Assembly: GCA_040954595.2 (NCBI GenBank)
Contig: CM082591.2
Span: 7,616,047 to 7,680,046 of the forward strand
Length of the DNA: 64,000 bases
DNA from: Balanoglossus misakiensis
Taxonomy: Eukaryota > Animalia > Hemichordata
Direction of reading: 5' to 3'
Below the pieces are notes generated by a model. That model made no database searches, was not told the DNA's origin, and saw only the letters and a list, made by a program, of their open reading frames with translations. Position 1 is the first letter of the stretch. The number at the start of each line of letters is the position of its first letter. Both the position numbers and the translations under genes were made by a program. Shown here one piece after another: positions 1-11,815 of the stretch.

Positions 1-3000
1 CCATACCTCCTGGTTCTTTAAACTTTCGCCCTGGCTTTGGACTTTGGCCATCCAGTGTCCTCAATGACCAGTGACCTGTTAGGTGAAACAACGGTCAAAG
101 GTCAAACATGCTATATTGCAATGCATTAGGAATATGCTTGAGTTAGTGTTTTATTGTTCATTTTAACAAGAGAAAACATATTACAAAAGAAACGAATCAT
201 TGCTATGACAACTGAACTACTAAGGGGTAGTTTTTCTACACAATGTTTACAGTGACAAATAACCATGGCAACCAGAGTAACCATGACTTTCTTGAACTAT
301 TTCTTTTTCTCTGCAATATAGCTAGGAGGAAATTTACTTTGTCTCTTTTTGATATTATAATATACATAAAAGACTATCTTATTTAACCATTCAATAGATA
401 TACTATCGTTGATGTTGCCATGGTAACACATTCAAAGAAATCAGTTCAAAAATAATCTTTTACTTGTAACTTTTGACTCAGTAGACATTTCATAACAATT
501 CTTGAACTGAGTTTCAGGGATAATTCTTTGGTCCATTATTTTTAGGAAAAAATGTATGATGGTAGCATTATTGACTGGTAACCATGACAACTGAACCTCA
601 ATGTATTTTGTAAAACATTGGCAATGTGCTAAAGTTAGTGTTTTAATTTAACTTTAAACCTTTTTTTTTTACAAATTTAGCGAGTTATTGCCATGATATA
701 TTTCTGCCAAAGTACTCTATATGTACACATTTTCCAATACCAAGTAACCATGGAAACTGGACAAAATGTTAATATCAGTTAATAATTCTATTTTTGAAAA
801 CAAGTAGCAGAAATATTACCTGAAATTATCACTTTATTTATGGTCTTTGTAACCCATAAAAATGTTCCTATTCAACTGCTCAATGGATTTAGTGACAGTA
901 TTGTTGTCATGGTAACACATCTTAACAGATCAGTACAGGAATAATCTTTGCCTTGTAATTTTGGAATTAGTAGGTCTTACATAAAAATTCTTGAACAATG
1001 TCTCAAGGATCATTGCCTACCTTATACTTGTAGCTTTTCAAACCAGGGCAACAAGACAAACATCAATTTCTGAAACTATTTCTATTGCTTTGCAATATAA
1101 AGAAAAAAGCTATCTGTCATTTTATTGACAGACTATTATAATACAAAGTATTTCTAACTTTATATACTATCTGTAATGTTGTTGTGCCAAAGATTTTGTT
1201 TCTTTTTCCAGCCAACCAGAGATGGTCTGCTTTTCAATCAGTAATTGTCATATTGGTGAACAGAGAAGAATTATCTACTCCTTAGCCGAGAGGGCTGGTA
1301 CTTTCTTTGACCAGGTGAGTATTTTTGTGAATAAACCCTTGAGAAAATTATTGGTGTAAACCTTTCTAACTTTAAGTTTAAAGAATTTATTGGAAAGTAA
1401 AATGTATTGTTGGAAATTTAGTGATATATTTTTTTGCAAGAATATACCCTAACCACTTATATAGTGACATCATTGCAGATGATCTGAGAGATGGAAAACC
1501 TGCAGTTACTTAGGATGAGTCATGATAAATAGTCTGTCTCAACACCACTGGCTGTTCCAGATTGTCACTTGGATAAAAAATTGGTAAGTTCCTAATTTGA
1601 ATTGCCTTTTTTGATTATTTATAATCATAACAAAATTAAAGTTTCTTGATATTGTGGAATATCTACATATGACAATTCCAAAGTCAAATGAAGAAATTGA
1701 ATGATTGTAGCTAGTGGTTGAAATTGTAGAAATTGAGCATTTTCACCCTGGACCAGAGTTGTTTTATTTCTGGCCACTGTAACAAAGAGTGAACCTTTCA
1801 CCCCTTTCTGTTGCATATGGATTCAACCATACCAATCAAAACAGAGGGTTGAACCACTGTTCTGTTTTATATTGCTTTATGCTGTCTGTGTCTGCCAGTA
1901 ATCAGCCTACTTGTACATTGGACATTTACACACAAATTGGCTCATAGCTTTTCTTTTTTCTATTCTGGCACACCTTGATGCTCCATCAAATGCTCTTGCA
2001 GAATTGATCATAACAATCTCATCCACATGATATTGATATTGAGTCAATATCTGCACGCATTTTGATGTTTCTAATTTACAGACAAAAGTCTTCATCAATG
2101 ACCAGACAGCCAATCTATTCTTGCAAAGAATACAAAGTTGAATTCAAAGATGACAAGGTTGGTATCTTCTGACGTTACTTTGTTTATGTTTGATCAAGTG
2201 AAAAGTTTCTTATAATGATTTTGAACTCTCTGAATTGTTGGTGACCAGACCTCTATTCTCATCTTGCCTCATACTTGTAAAAATTTGCGTTGTGATGTCA
2301 AGGTTTCTGGTAAGTGCCATAAATGTTATGTCATCAAGTTTTCTTATATTATACATTTACACACAATGCAGTTTGGTGGTACCGGTAGAAGTCTGGCAAC
2401 CAATGATTCAACATTTACTTGAAGTTTTGAATCAACTGATCCCTTATTATCAACACATGTATTCAACTTATTTTCCAACACTGAGAATGCACATACCTGT
2501 TTTAGAAGGTTTTGCTGAAACACTGGCTCCCTTTGTATCCTCAGATATCTCTTTACTTCCTGTAGTGGAGAGATGTCTTAGACATTAATTTTACAATGTA
2601 CTTGAAGTTTTGAATCAACTGATCCCTTATTATCAACACATGTATTCAACTTATTTTCCAACACTGAGAATGCACATACCTGTTTTAGAAGGTTTTGCTG
2701 AAACATTGGCTCCCTTTGTTTCCTCAGATATTTCTTTACTTCCTGTAGTGGACAGATGACTTAGACATTAATTTTACTTGAAGTTTTGAATCAACTGATC
2801 CCTTGGTATCAACACATGTATTCAACTGTTATTTTCTAACACTGAGATGAAATGCACATACCTGTTTTAGAAGGTTTTGCTGAAACACTGGCTCCCTTTG
2901 TACCCTCAGATATCTCTTTACTTCCTGTAGTCCCTGAATCACCAGCAGTTTCTTTACTTCCACCAAAAGATCTCCTAATCTTGCTGATGACACCTTTGGA

Positions 3001-6000
3001 TTGCTTTTCTTCTGCAAAAGAAAGTGATCAAACAATGAAAATATAGTATAATAATAATAATAATTTATTTATATAGCGTCAGTATCCACAAAAAATGTGA
3101 TCAATGACGCTAAAAGCAAAAGTAACACTACAACAAATGGCTAAAAAGCAGATTTAAAAAGTAAAGTTTTAATATTTGATTTAAAAACAGATAAGTCTGG
3201 TGCCTGGAGAATGTTGAGTGGAAGATTATTCCAAAGAATTGGAGCAGCAACAGTAAAAGCATGATCACCATAACTCTTGGTGCGTGATCGAACAGGGCAG
3301 CTCAGTTTGAACTGATCAGCTGACCTTAAATTGCGACACGGAACATATAGTTTAGTCATGTTAGAAAGATAGATTGGACTAAGTGTATGAATGGATTTAA
3401 AAATGAGAACTAACATCTTAAAAACAATACGCTCTGTAACAGGTAGCCAGTGCAACTGATACAAAATTGGAGTGATGTGACAGGTGATTTTTGAACGAGT
3501 AACAATTCTAGCAGCAATATTCTGAACGCGTTGGATACGGTTGATTGAATACTTCGGGAGCCCAAATAAAAGTGAATTACATGAATCAATTCGAGAAGTA
3601 ATGAATGCATGAACTAATTGCTCTGTAGCAGATTGAGATAAATATTTGCGGATAATCGCAATGCGACGTAAATGAAAAGTGGCAGAGCGGCAGATCTGTC
3701 CAATATGTGGCTTCATTGTCAGACAAGAGTCAAGGATCACTCCAAGGCTCTTAGCCTGACAATGGACGGGAATCAGAGCATCGCCAACACGAATTTCTGA
3801 AATCCCTCTAACAGACAGATCACCCGAAGTACCAGAGAAATAACAAATTCAGTCTTATCATCGTTTAAGCACAAGAAGTTTTCAGACATCCAAAACCTAA
3901 CATCGGATATACAAAGTTCAAGATTCAAAACAGTTCTTGCTGCGTTGTCTTTACTAAAAGACATATAAAGTGAAGAGTCATCTGCATAAAAACTATAAAG
4001 ACAACCATGACTTTGAACTAATTCACCTAATGGAGACGTGTACATATTGAAAAGTATGGGACCAAGAACTGATCCCTGTGGTACCCCAGTGTCGAGTGGA
4101 TAGAAAGGTGATTGGGTGGAATTTACAAGTACACACTGACTACGATAGTGCTGTCAATTAATCTGATTACGTTTGGCTGATATTTAATAGAATGATTTCT
4201 TATTTCTTATGGGATATCTCATTTTCCTCTGTTAAGAATATACCGGGTACTGCTTTCCAACATCAGATTGAATCATTTGGCCAACATTGAATGTTTACTC
4301 ATCTCATTGGATATCTGTGACTGATTTTTCACTATCAAGAATACTAGTATACTATACCATGCTTTCCAACATCAGATTGATGTAAATGTAGTTCCAACTT
4401 TCTAAGTTTGTTATTGACATGTTTTACTGGTGTACCTTTTTCCTTTGTCTTAAATTGTTTTGCTTTGGTTTTCTCTGTCTCAGTTCCATCTCCTTCCGTC
4501 ATCTTGGCCACAGCCTCAGTGTCTTCTTTTCCCATTGTCTCTGGTTGTGGATGTCTGGCTTTCTCTGCTCCTGTTTCTTCTGATGCCATCTCAGGTTGCA
4601 CAGTTGCTGGTTTCACATCTTTTGTAGCCATGGTTACAGGCGATATGTCTCCTGTGTCATCTTTCTTGAGAGGCACATCAGATGGTGTGAGTTTGCCTAC
4701 AAATATTTGTAATTAAATGGTAAGTACTTGGTTATAATTCTTACAACAATGAAAACTTGCATTTTTTTATAATCTATATGAGCTGGAAGATTTTTCTTGA
4801 TGCAGGAATAATCGAAGCAGATTTATATCAATCTCACCTTGTTCAGTTTCCAATTTTGCATCTTCTTCCAGTTGAAGAGTTTTAGCAGTTTTCAGTTGCA
4901 GCTCAGTGTCAGATTGATCATCCTGGATTTTGGATAATTTTGACTTTAGCTCAGTTATGGTTTGTTCTTGTTGTTCAAGTTTAGATTGTAATTCTTGGAT
5001 GTGTCTAGGGTCTGATTCTCTCAATCTTTGCTTCAGGGAAATGACATCCATAAGTTGTGTGGCGGCTACTTTCTCAACACTTGCAAGTTTCAGTTTGTAC
5101 TGCTCTTCTAAGAGTGACTTTTCCTGAAGTGCTTCTTTCAACTGATTCTCTAGAATCATTTTCTCTGTCTGCAGTTTAGTGATTTCTCCAACTAGCTTTC
5201 TCTTATTCTCAACTGACTCAGTCTGCAGTTTAGTGATTTCTCCAACTAGCTTTCTCTTATTCTCAACTGACTCAGTCTGCAGTTTAGTGATTTCTCCAAC
5301 TAGCTTTCTCTTATTCTCAACTGACTCAGTCTGCAGTTTAGTGATTTCTCCAACTAGCTTTCTCTTATTCTCAACTGACTCGGTCTGAATTTTGGACTTC
5401 TCTGTCAGGGCCCCATCCAACTGTTGTTTTAGTTCTTTGAGCTGCTTTGCACTAGCTTCAAAGGGCAGTAAGCTTTTTGCTTGTAAGCTGATAGATTCAG
5501 CTGGTATGGGATGAATTGGTCTGCCATGTAGTGTGATTTCATCTGCCAAATCTGAAATGAAAAAGAATAAAGCTATGAAGCTCAATTTTGTCATTTCTCT
5601 GTTTGGAACTATTTCTAAGACATGTCATGTGTGTGTCAACACACTCCCAGCCTAATTCTTTGTTATGAACGTTGTTAGAGCCATTCGTTTGCTGGGAATT
5701 GCCTTGATACACAAAATCAGGTTTTTAGTCTTGGCACATCCGGCCCTTATCAGATCAAGCTGGTGATGCAGAAACAACAAATGGTGCATGTGTGTAGAAT
5801 ATTATTTTTACTGGACAACCCATAACCAGATATGACTACAACAAAAACATTCTTACGTTATCCCTGTGGTTAAAAAAAGTCAGGGCATTATATTAATCAA
5901 ATTTGTGTCGATTTGGATATAGCTTTCAACAAACTTTTTAAAGATTTCACCTGTCCCGATCTGGCATTTGTGACAGTCGGAAAGTTAACACAAACATCAA

Positions 6001-9000
6001 TTAAAATTTCTGAATTTTTATGACACCTTAAGTGCAGCATGCAAATGTAATGTATCATTATTCCTTTCAAAATTGTGGCCAATGTGATCCAACCAAAATA
6101 TCTGCTGTTGTTTTGTTTGATTATTATTCATATCTGGATCAGAGAAGTTAAAAGATTAACCATGCAATGTGGACTAAAATCCCATAAATGACCAGTTCTT
6201 GACCAAATTAAATCACTTACTTTGTTTCATGGCAGCCTCTTCAATGTCAGAATCTTTTTCTGTTTCCTCCCCTGGTGAAGTCAGGCGTGTTCTCTCAATC
6301 TAAAATTGAAACAAATGAATATATCAAATCCAAATCTAGATGAATTTCAATAGACAGTCATAGTGCAAATCAAATATTTGAGCCATGCAAGAGTTTATCC
6401 CAGTGATGTTGTTAAGAGTTCCCAGAAAGAAACAGCCAAACAATTACAATATCCTTCTCACAGCCATATCAGCTGGGCATCAATCAACATGTAAACGTCA
6501 CTGAAAATAGTAAAGACTTATTTACTATTTGGAAATTTCCCTGCGTGTGTGAAGTTGTGGACAAAGTATGCTGTTGAACATAGCTACATGTGTTGTAGGG
6601 ACATTAGCTGTAAAACTGGCTTCATTTTCGGTATTTTTGTTCTGTGTACCAAATTCAATTTCTTGTCCTACTACAAACAGCAAGGTACTCAGTACTCAGC
6701 TTGTCAAGATATCCTGTATGTGTGTAACAACCATTGTTATTATTGACAAATAAATTCTAGTCCGGACTTGAATTCAAATTTTGCATCATAACAGTGCTGA
6801 TACACATATATGTTGCATTGATAAGCTAAATGCTGGGCATTACAACTAACATCTAAGCATACCTGATTCAGTATTTCATCAACACTTCCCTCTTCTACGT
6901 TGTCACCATATAATTTCAATGGTCCTATTCCCCCACCATCTCCTGAAAGTTAGTAAAATATTCAATGGATTTTGATTTGCATAATTTTATTTCTCTGAAA
7001 GTTTCTTGGGGTTAAAAAAATTTGCAATGCATGAAACTTAAATTATCTTATATGAGTCACAGCTCTAACAAGTTTCATTTTATAGAAATGTAAAATAACA
7101 AACTTCTTAATCAAATCTTATTCTTAATCATAATCTTAATCTGTCACCTGTGTTAATTCAGTATTAAGTATAATTTTCTCCTTCCTCCAAGTGATCAATC
7201 CACACTCTCTTATTCTTTGAATTTGTATTGTTTCTTGGTTGAATCAATATATAGTTTTACGGCAAACCATCTCATCTGACAAGAAAAACTTACTGTTCAG
7301 AAAGAATAGTTCCAGTTCATCAAACCTGGCTTGGTCATATGTTGCTGTCAACTGTAGTGGTATTCCAGCTGTGTTGGCCTCTGTCATTTCATCTGTCATC
7401 AAGATTGGTTCTAATGCCTTGGCTAAACTTCTTGAATCTTCAAGACAGCTTCCCCGCAATCGGTAGAGATTATAAAGTCTACGCATGTTGGCTGTGATTT
7501 GCAGAGACCCTGATTTCATACTGGTTATTTCCACTTCACCCAAATTCTCAGTGCAGACTTTCTTGACTTTCTCAGTGTCATCACCATTGGATACCACATC
7601 AGATGCTCTTCTCTTCAACTGTTGTTTGCAGTTGTTCCAAGCTGTAGATGCTGCCTGTTGCCTTTCCTCATTCTGGCCCTCATTTTCTGCTCGATGTTGC
7701 TGATAGGCAGTTTCATCCAGTTGGGCATGAACTTGAATTGTTGTGTCGGCATGATGATCTGAAGATTTTAGGAAATGGGGCAATACTAAACTCAATCTAA
7801 GACAAAATAATGAGTACGCTTAATTTATCGCCACCCTGGAAAACCATAAGTCATACGGTTTTTGTTAAACTCCGTCTCCCAAGAAAAAAACTTAAATTTG
7901 TAGGGCTTCAAAAATATGTATTGTGGGAAAATCAACAATATATAACCTCACTTGCACTAAACTAAGTTGACTAGTACAGGTACTAAGCACAACAGTTAGA
8001 TTATACAATTACGCAGATGGCCATTGAAAAGTCAATGGGTCAAGGACCTTTACTTTAAGTCTAGGAACATTTTAATCTTGTCAACAGGCGCCACCAAGAA
8101 AGTTGTTTTTATTAATAATTTTGAAATTGTCTCCTACCTGCTGTATTTCTTGTGTCCTTGCCACATGGATCAACTCCTTCTTGTTCCCTCATTCGGTCTG
8201 GTGTCAATAAACTGGCAAATGTGGCATAACTCTTATCAACATCTTCACTCTCCATGAAAGCCTTCTTCAGCTCCTTAGCTTCTTCAAAAGCTAACCTGGT
8301 CTTCTTGACACTCCATATTATCTTCTCTGAAATCTTATCAGATGAGTGTGACACTACAAATTTGTCTGCGTGGTATGGAAAGTATTCCTTGACTAACTCC
8401 CCAAGCTGGGAATATTCATCAGGATAGGTTGGTAGTCCAACTGCTATAGATTCTAAACCGCTATACGGATAGTCCTTGTAGACAGAGACGGGAAGACAAC
8501 TGTGAGATTGTTGAAGTGATGTTGGCAGAGTGCTTGCTGAGTAACCTGAGTAGAGTGTAGGGGTGACATGACTACTCTTCATCTGGTCTTGAAGATGCTC
8601 CAGTTCAGCCTTACCTGCTTGTGGAGAAGCTCCTTGTATTGACCACTTAGGAGGTTTGTGGGAAACATCTTTCAGCTTTTTTGATGCACTTCCAATAGCA
8701 GCTGCCAGTGTCTCACACCTGTCCAAGGCTTCTTGTGTATCAATTTGGCCATACGTCAGTATGTTGTGTGTAGTGACTTTGTCTGGTATGGTTGGGTCTT
8801 TTCTGAAAAAGACTTCTGCAGGTCTGGGGAAAATCTCTGCATGAGGGATCTTGAAAAGTTGCTTTCCAGAATATTCTGCTCGGTATTGGTTTTCAAAGTG
8901 TGCGAACATGCTTGGACCAATTGAAAATATGAGGTCAGCTTCACTGGCCAGCTTTAGCATCATTTCACTAAACTTCCCTGGAGGTAGTTTCAACAGACAG

Positions 9001-10274
9001 TTGCCTTCTTCATAGGCATGGTTGATCATTACAAGTTTTGCATCAGGAAACAATTTTTTTCTGATATTTGCAGCAGCAAATCCAGTTCTTGGAGCATAAC
9101 CAACAACATATTTGATGTTTTGTAGCTGTCTGAGGTGAGGGTAGTAGATTTCATGATATTTCGTCAACCATTTTAAATGTGGCTGATCATCTTCTGGCTC
9201 TGCAGTTCTGTCTTCTTCTTGTTGTTGTGCTGGAATCAATTTAACCCGACACTTGGCAGCATCTGCCTTCTGGTCGTCACTGACTTTGACACCAACAAAT
9301 GTGGAGTAGGCGTTAACAGGTGTTTCTTCTTTGACTTTTCTTGCAGAGAAATCTTGTACAAGAGTTCTGTGAAACCCAGTCAAGCCACAATCTTCTTTGT
9401 TCCAGTCGTCATACACAAATAATACGCCAGGAGGTGGATCTGGAAGATGGAGTTGATGAAGTTTGGCTTCAGGGAAGAGACTTTCGTGGATTGCTTTGGC
9501 TGCATTCTGTGTCTTTGGAGAATATCCGACTACATGTTGGATGTTTGTCAGTTCCTTCAGTCCAGGGAAGTATGTATCATGGTGAACAAGCCAGTTTATT
9601 ACAGGGGGGTCTTCATGAGGATCCAATCTCTTGTCTCTTACAGCTGGGATCAAAGTAGCACCAACACTCTCTGCATCTTTCTTTTGTTCTTCACTCACTT
9701 CAACTTCAAGGGTAGTACAGTTGAATTCAGAAACTTCATCTGGCTTCAGTTTTTCTTCTCGAAATTCAGTGACAAGTTTGTTAGTTGGTGTTGTTGTCTG
9801 ATCTTCTGATTCTGTCTGCCAGGTTTGCATGACCATTAATGCTGCCACAGGTGGTGGGTCAGGAAGACTGAGTTGGTAAAGTTTGGCTTCAGGGAAGAGA
9901 CTTTCATGAATTGCTTTGGCTGCAGTGTGTGTCTGTGGAGAATATCCGACTACATGTTGGATGTTTTGCAGCCCCTTCAAGTCTGGGAAGTATGTACCAT
10001 GGTGAACAAGCCAGTGTACTCCAGGGGGGTCTTCATGAGGATCCATCCTCTCGTCTCTTATAGCTGGGATCAAAGTAGCATCAACACTCTCTGCATCTTT
10101 CTCTTGTTCTTCACTAACTTCAACTTCAAGGGTAGTACACAGGAATTCAGAAACATTCTCAGACTGGAGTGTGTTTTCTTTGAGATGTTTGATTATAGCT
10201 TGAGTTGGTTGGGAGGTTTTTGCCTCCTTGTCCCATGATTTCAATACAACCAGTGCTGCAGATGGTTCTGACAT
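1..10274 (-). CDS. Paralogue A (3' end runs off the window): GT half-domain repeats + GT4-like glycosyltransferase + TRADD-N-like + coiled coil + NHL protein. Predicted exons 10274-8138, 7758-7294, 6942-6863, 6299-6221, 5551-4838, 4696-4436, 3011-2862, 2742-2680, 2559-2497, 75-<1
   Basis: Every predicted intron has GT..AG ends and compatible phases (1,1,0,1,1,1,1,1,1). Exons coincide with ORFs 8112-10274, 7244-7795, 4767-5594 and 4344-4676. Near-identical to copy B. The last exon starts GHWSLRTLDG, as the NHL exon of copy B does. Confidence 0.85.
2405..2935. repeat. Three ~180-bp tandem units, each ending in the same exon 3' end and donor (two units in copy B, about 34920-35265)
   Basis: Recurring gaagttttgaatcaactgatccc...cacatacctgttttagaaggttttgctgaaac...cttcctgtag. 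Confidence 0.9.
3048..4145 (-). mobile_element. 5'-truncated L2/CR1-group LINE fragment in an intron of copy A
   Basis: GVPQGSVLGP at about 4060-4090, YADD motif, C-terminal HITPILYQLHWLPV...APILWNNLP, and a (TAT)n tail at about 3050. Confidence 0.9.
5166..5387 (-). repeat. Four perfect 54-bp coding repeats (TESVENKRKLVGEITKLQ) in the coiled-coil exon; single unit in copy B
   Basis: Visible in the DNA and in ORF 4767-5594 (275 aa) versus ORF 37096-37761 (221 aa). Confidence 0.95.
8138..10274 (-). CDS. Large exon of copy A: two ~140-aa repeats followed by a GT-B (GT4-like) domain
   Basis: 720-aa ORF with the repeated core TTLEVEVSEEQxKDAESVxATLIPA...HVVGYSP, which is homologous to the core domain's STFVGVKVSDDQKADAAKCRVKLIPA...YVVGYAP. 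C-terminal SGLESIAVGLP. Confidence 0.85.
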
Positions 10275-10424
10275 AATTACATTCCTGCTGGGAAGAAGTA
10301 TACCAGTATACAGTACGGTATAATACTGCTGTACCGGTAGGTGATGGTGAAATTTGTTTCAGGGAAAACTTGACAGTATGTAATTAGTATTGTGACATAT
10401 TCATGACTATCTATACTGAGTAGT

Positions 10425-10470
10425 GATTGGCTAACCAAAATGAATATGCATAAGATGGCATATATAAGGG
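10425..10470 (+). promoter_or_regulatory. Putative Pol II promoter in repeat A (reverse CCAAT 'gattgg' and TATA 'tatataag')
   Basis: Motifs are conserved in A1 and in A2 (about 27199-27242). Confidence 0.4.
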
Positions 10471-11333
10471 GTCTACCCAGGGTACCATGTGTGCCTTATC
10501 ACAGCGTAGTGGGACAGACAGCTGAAAGTATCACAACCTCGCTCGTCATCACAACCTTACTATATGGCTACGAAGCAACCTACAACGACAAAAGTCGTTA
10601 CGGTGCTGCAGACACGTATTATCACTACCTCCACGGTGACAAGAATGTCAACGATTAGAGTGGCCACGCCCTCAGTAACTTTACCCATAGTGACAGTTTC
10701 AACGTCAGGTGCCACGACAATGTCGGCTGGAGCGTCAACTACAATGGCCAGTACTGAACAGAGAGCAAATGCGGTAAGTCTCATTTGTATACCCTCTAAT
10801 GTACCCTGATATTTCGGTATTACACAAGCTGCTTGGTAGTCTCTGATATCTTCATTGAGACTTGCGGAATGCAAGACATCACGTCGGTAGTGATATTAGT
10901 TCGTCCCCATGTAGAATGATAAGGTATGGGTTTGACGAGAGTTGATGTGCTGACAGGCACGGAGAAGTTGGGTAGACGATAATAATGTAATAAGATACAT
11001 GAGGTTCGTCCCCTGAAGCACATGGTACGTAGAGAAAAGAGGGTAGACGATATGTAGTTCGTCCCCGGGTTTATGTGCGACATAAGAAGTTTTGGTTGAC
11101 GAAAGTAGAGTTCGTCCCCATGTTAACTGACTCGAGAAGAGAAGAGACGAGAGAGGAAGAAAGGAAAGAAATTACATGAAAGAAAAAAGCTGACGTGGCA
11201 TGGGAAATGTGCCCAATTTGAATATTTGAAATACAGATGAGTACATGGTAATGAGATAGTATGATGTAATGAACGAAATCAACAGGTGGTTTGGTGACCG
11301 TAGCAATTCCACCAGTACGTATACAATGGTGAC

Positions 11334-11815
11334 GTGTCACTTCTGTTTTCACAGGTAGGACAAGTTGTTGGTAAAGATGTGCCAGGACCCTCAGGGGGAG
11401 ACGCCCGAACTTCGCTACAGTTGGCAAACGATAGATTTGAGAGAGAGTTAATGGAGCTGAGACTGTATGCGGAACGAGATGCCGCAATTTTCAACGCTGA
11501 GGAAGCACTCGCTCGTCTACAAATGGTCGCCGACACTGCGTTTGATGTCAGACACCCGGACTATCCGAAATATATTGCAATGATGCGAGCCCTAAGAAAG
11601 GAAAGAAATTCTGAGGGCACTGCCACAAATGTTGTTGGCCCTGATTGGGTCGGGGGGAACACGCGAAAATCATAGAAAAAATCGCAAAAGTTAAGAAGGC
11701 AATAGGGAGTGGTACCCTGATGGAGCAACGTAAGACGAGAAACAGAATGAGATGTTGGAGATGCCACATACTGCTGCAGGGCTGGGCACATCGCTCAAAA
11801 TTGTTATGTGAGAGA
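11334..11815 (+). pseudogene. Gag-like ORF1 remnant of the PAT-like element with a CCHC zinc knuckle
   Basis: Removing one base near 11768 restores C-H-Y-C-C-R-A-G-H-I-A-Q-N-C (CX2CX4HX4C). Confidence 0.65.

Larger units (their letters stand above)
1..10300. repeat. Tandem segmental duplication, copy A (matches about 32513-42875)
   Basis: Colinear near-identity through exons, introns and the intronic LINE. Position 1 corresponds to 32513. Confidence 0.97.

Noticed and set aside
1907-2300. Minus-strand ORF in the last intron as an extra exon
   Set aside because: No convincing phase-compatible splice sites, and the gene model is complete without it.
7759-7796. Acceptor at ttgtcttag (7796) suggested by the ORF start
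   Set aside because: It is phase-incompatible and gives an immediate stop, and the frame is not conserved in copy B. The acceptor at 7758 fits both copies.
8656-10238. Plus-strand ORFs overlapping the GT exon (and equivalents at 40808-42807, 4408-5388)
   Set aside because: Antisense shadows of the real minus-strand coding sequence.
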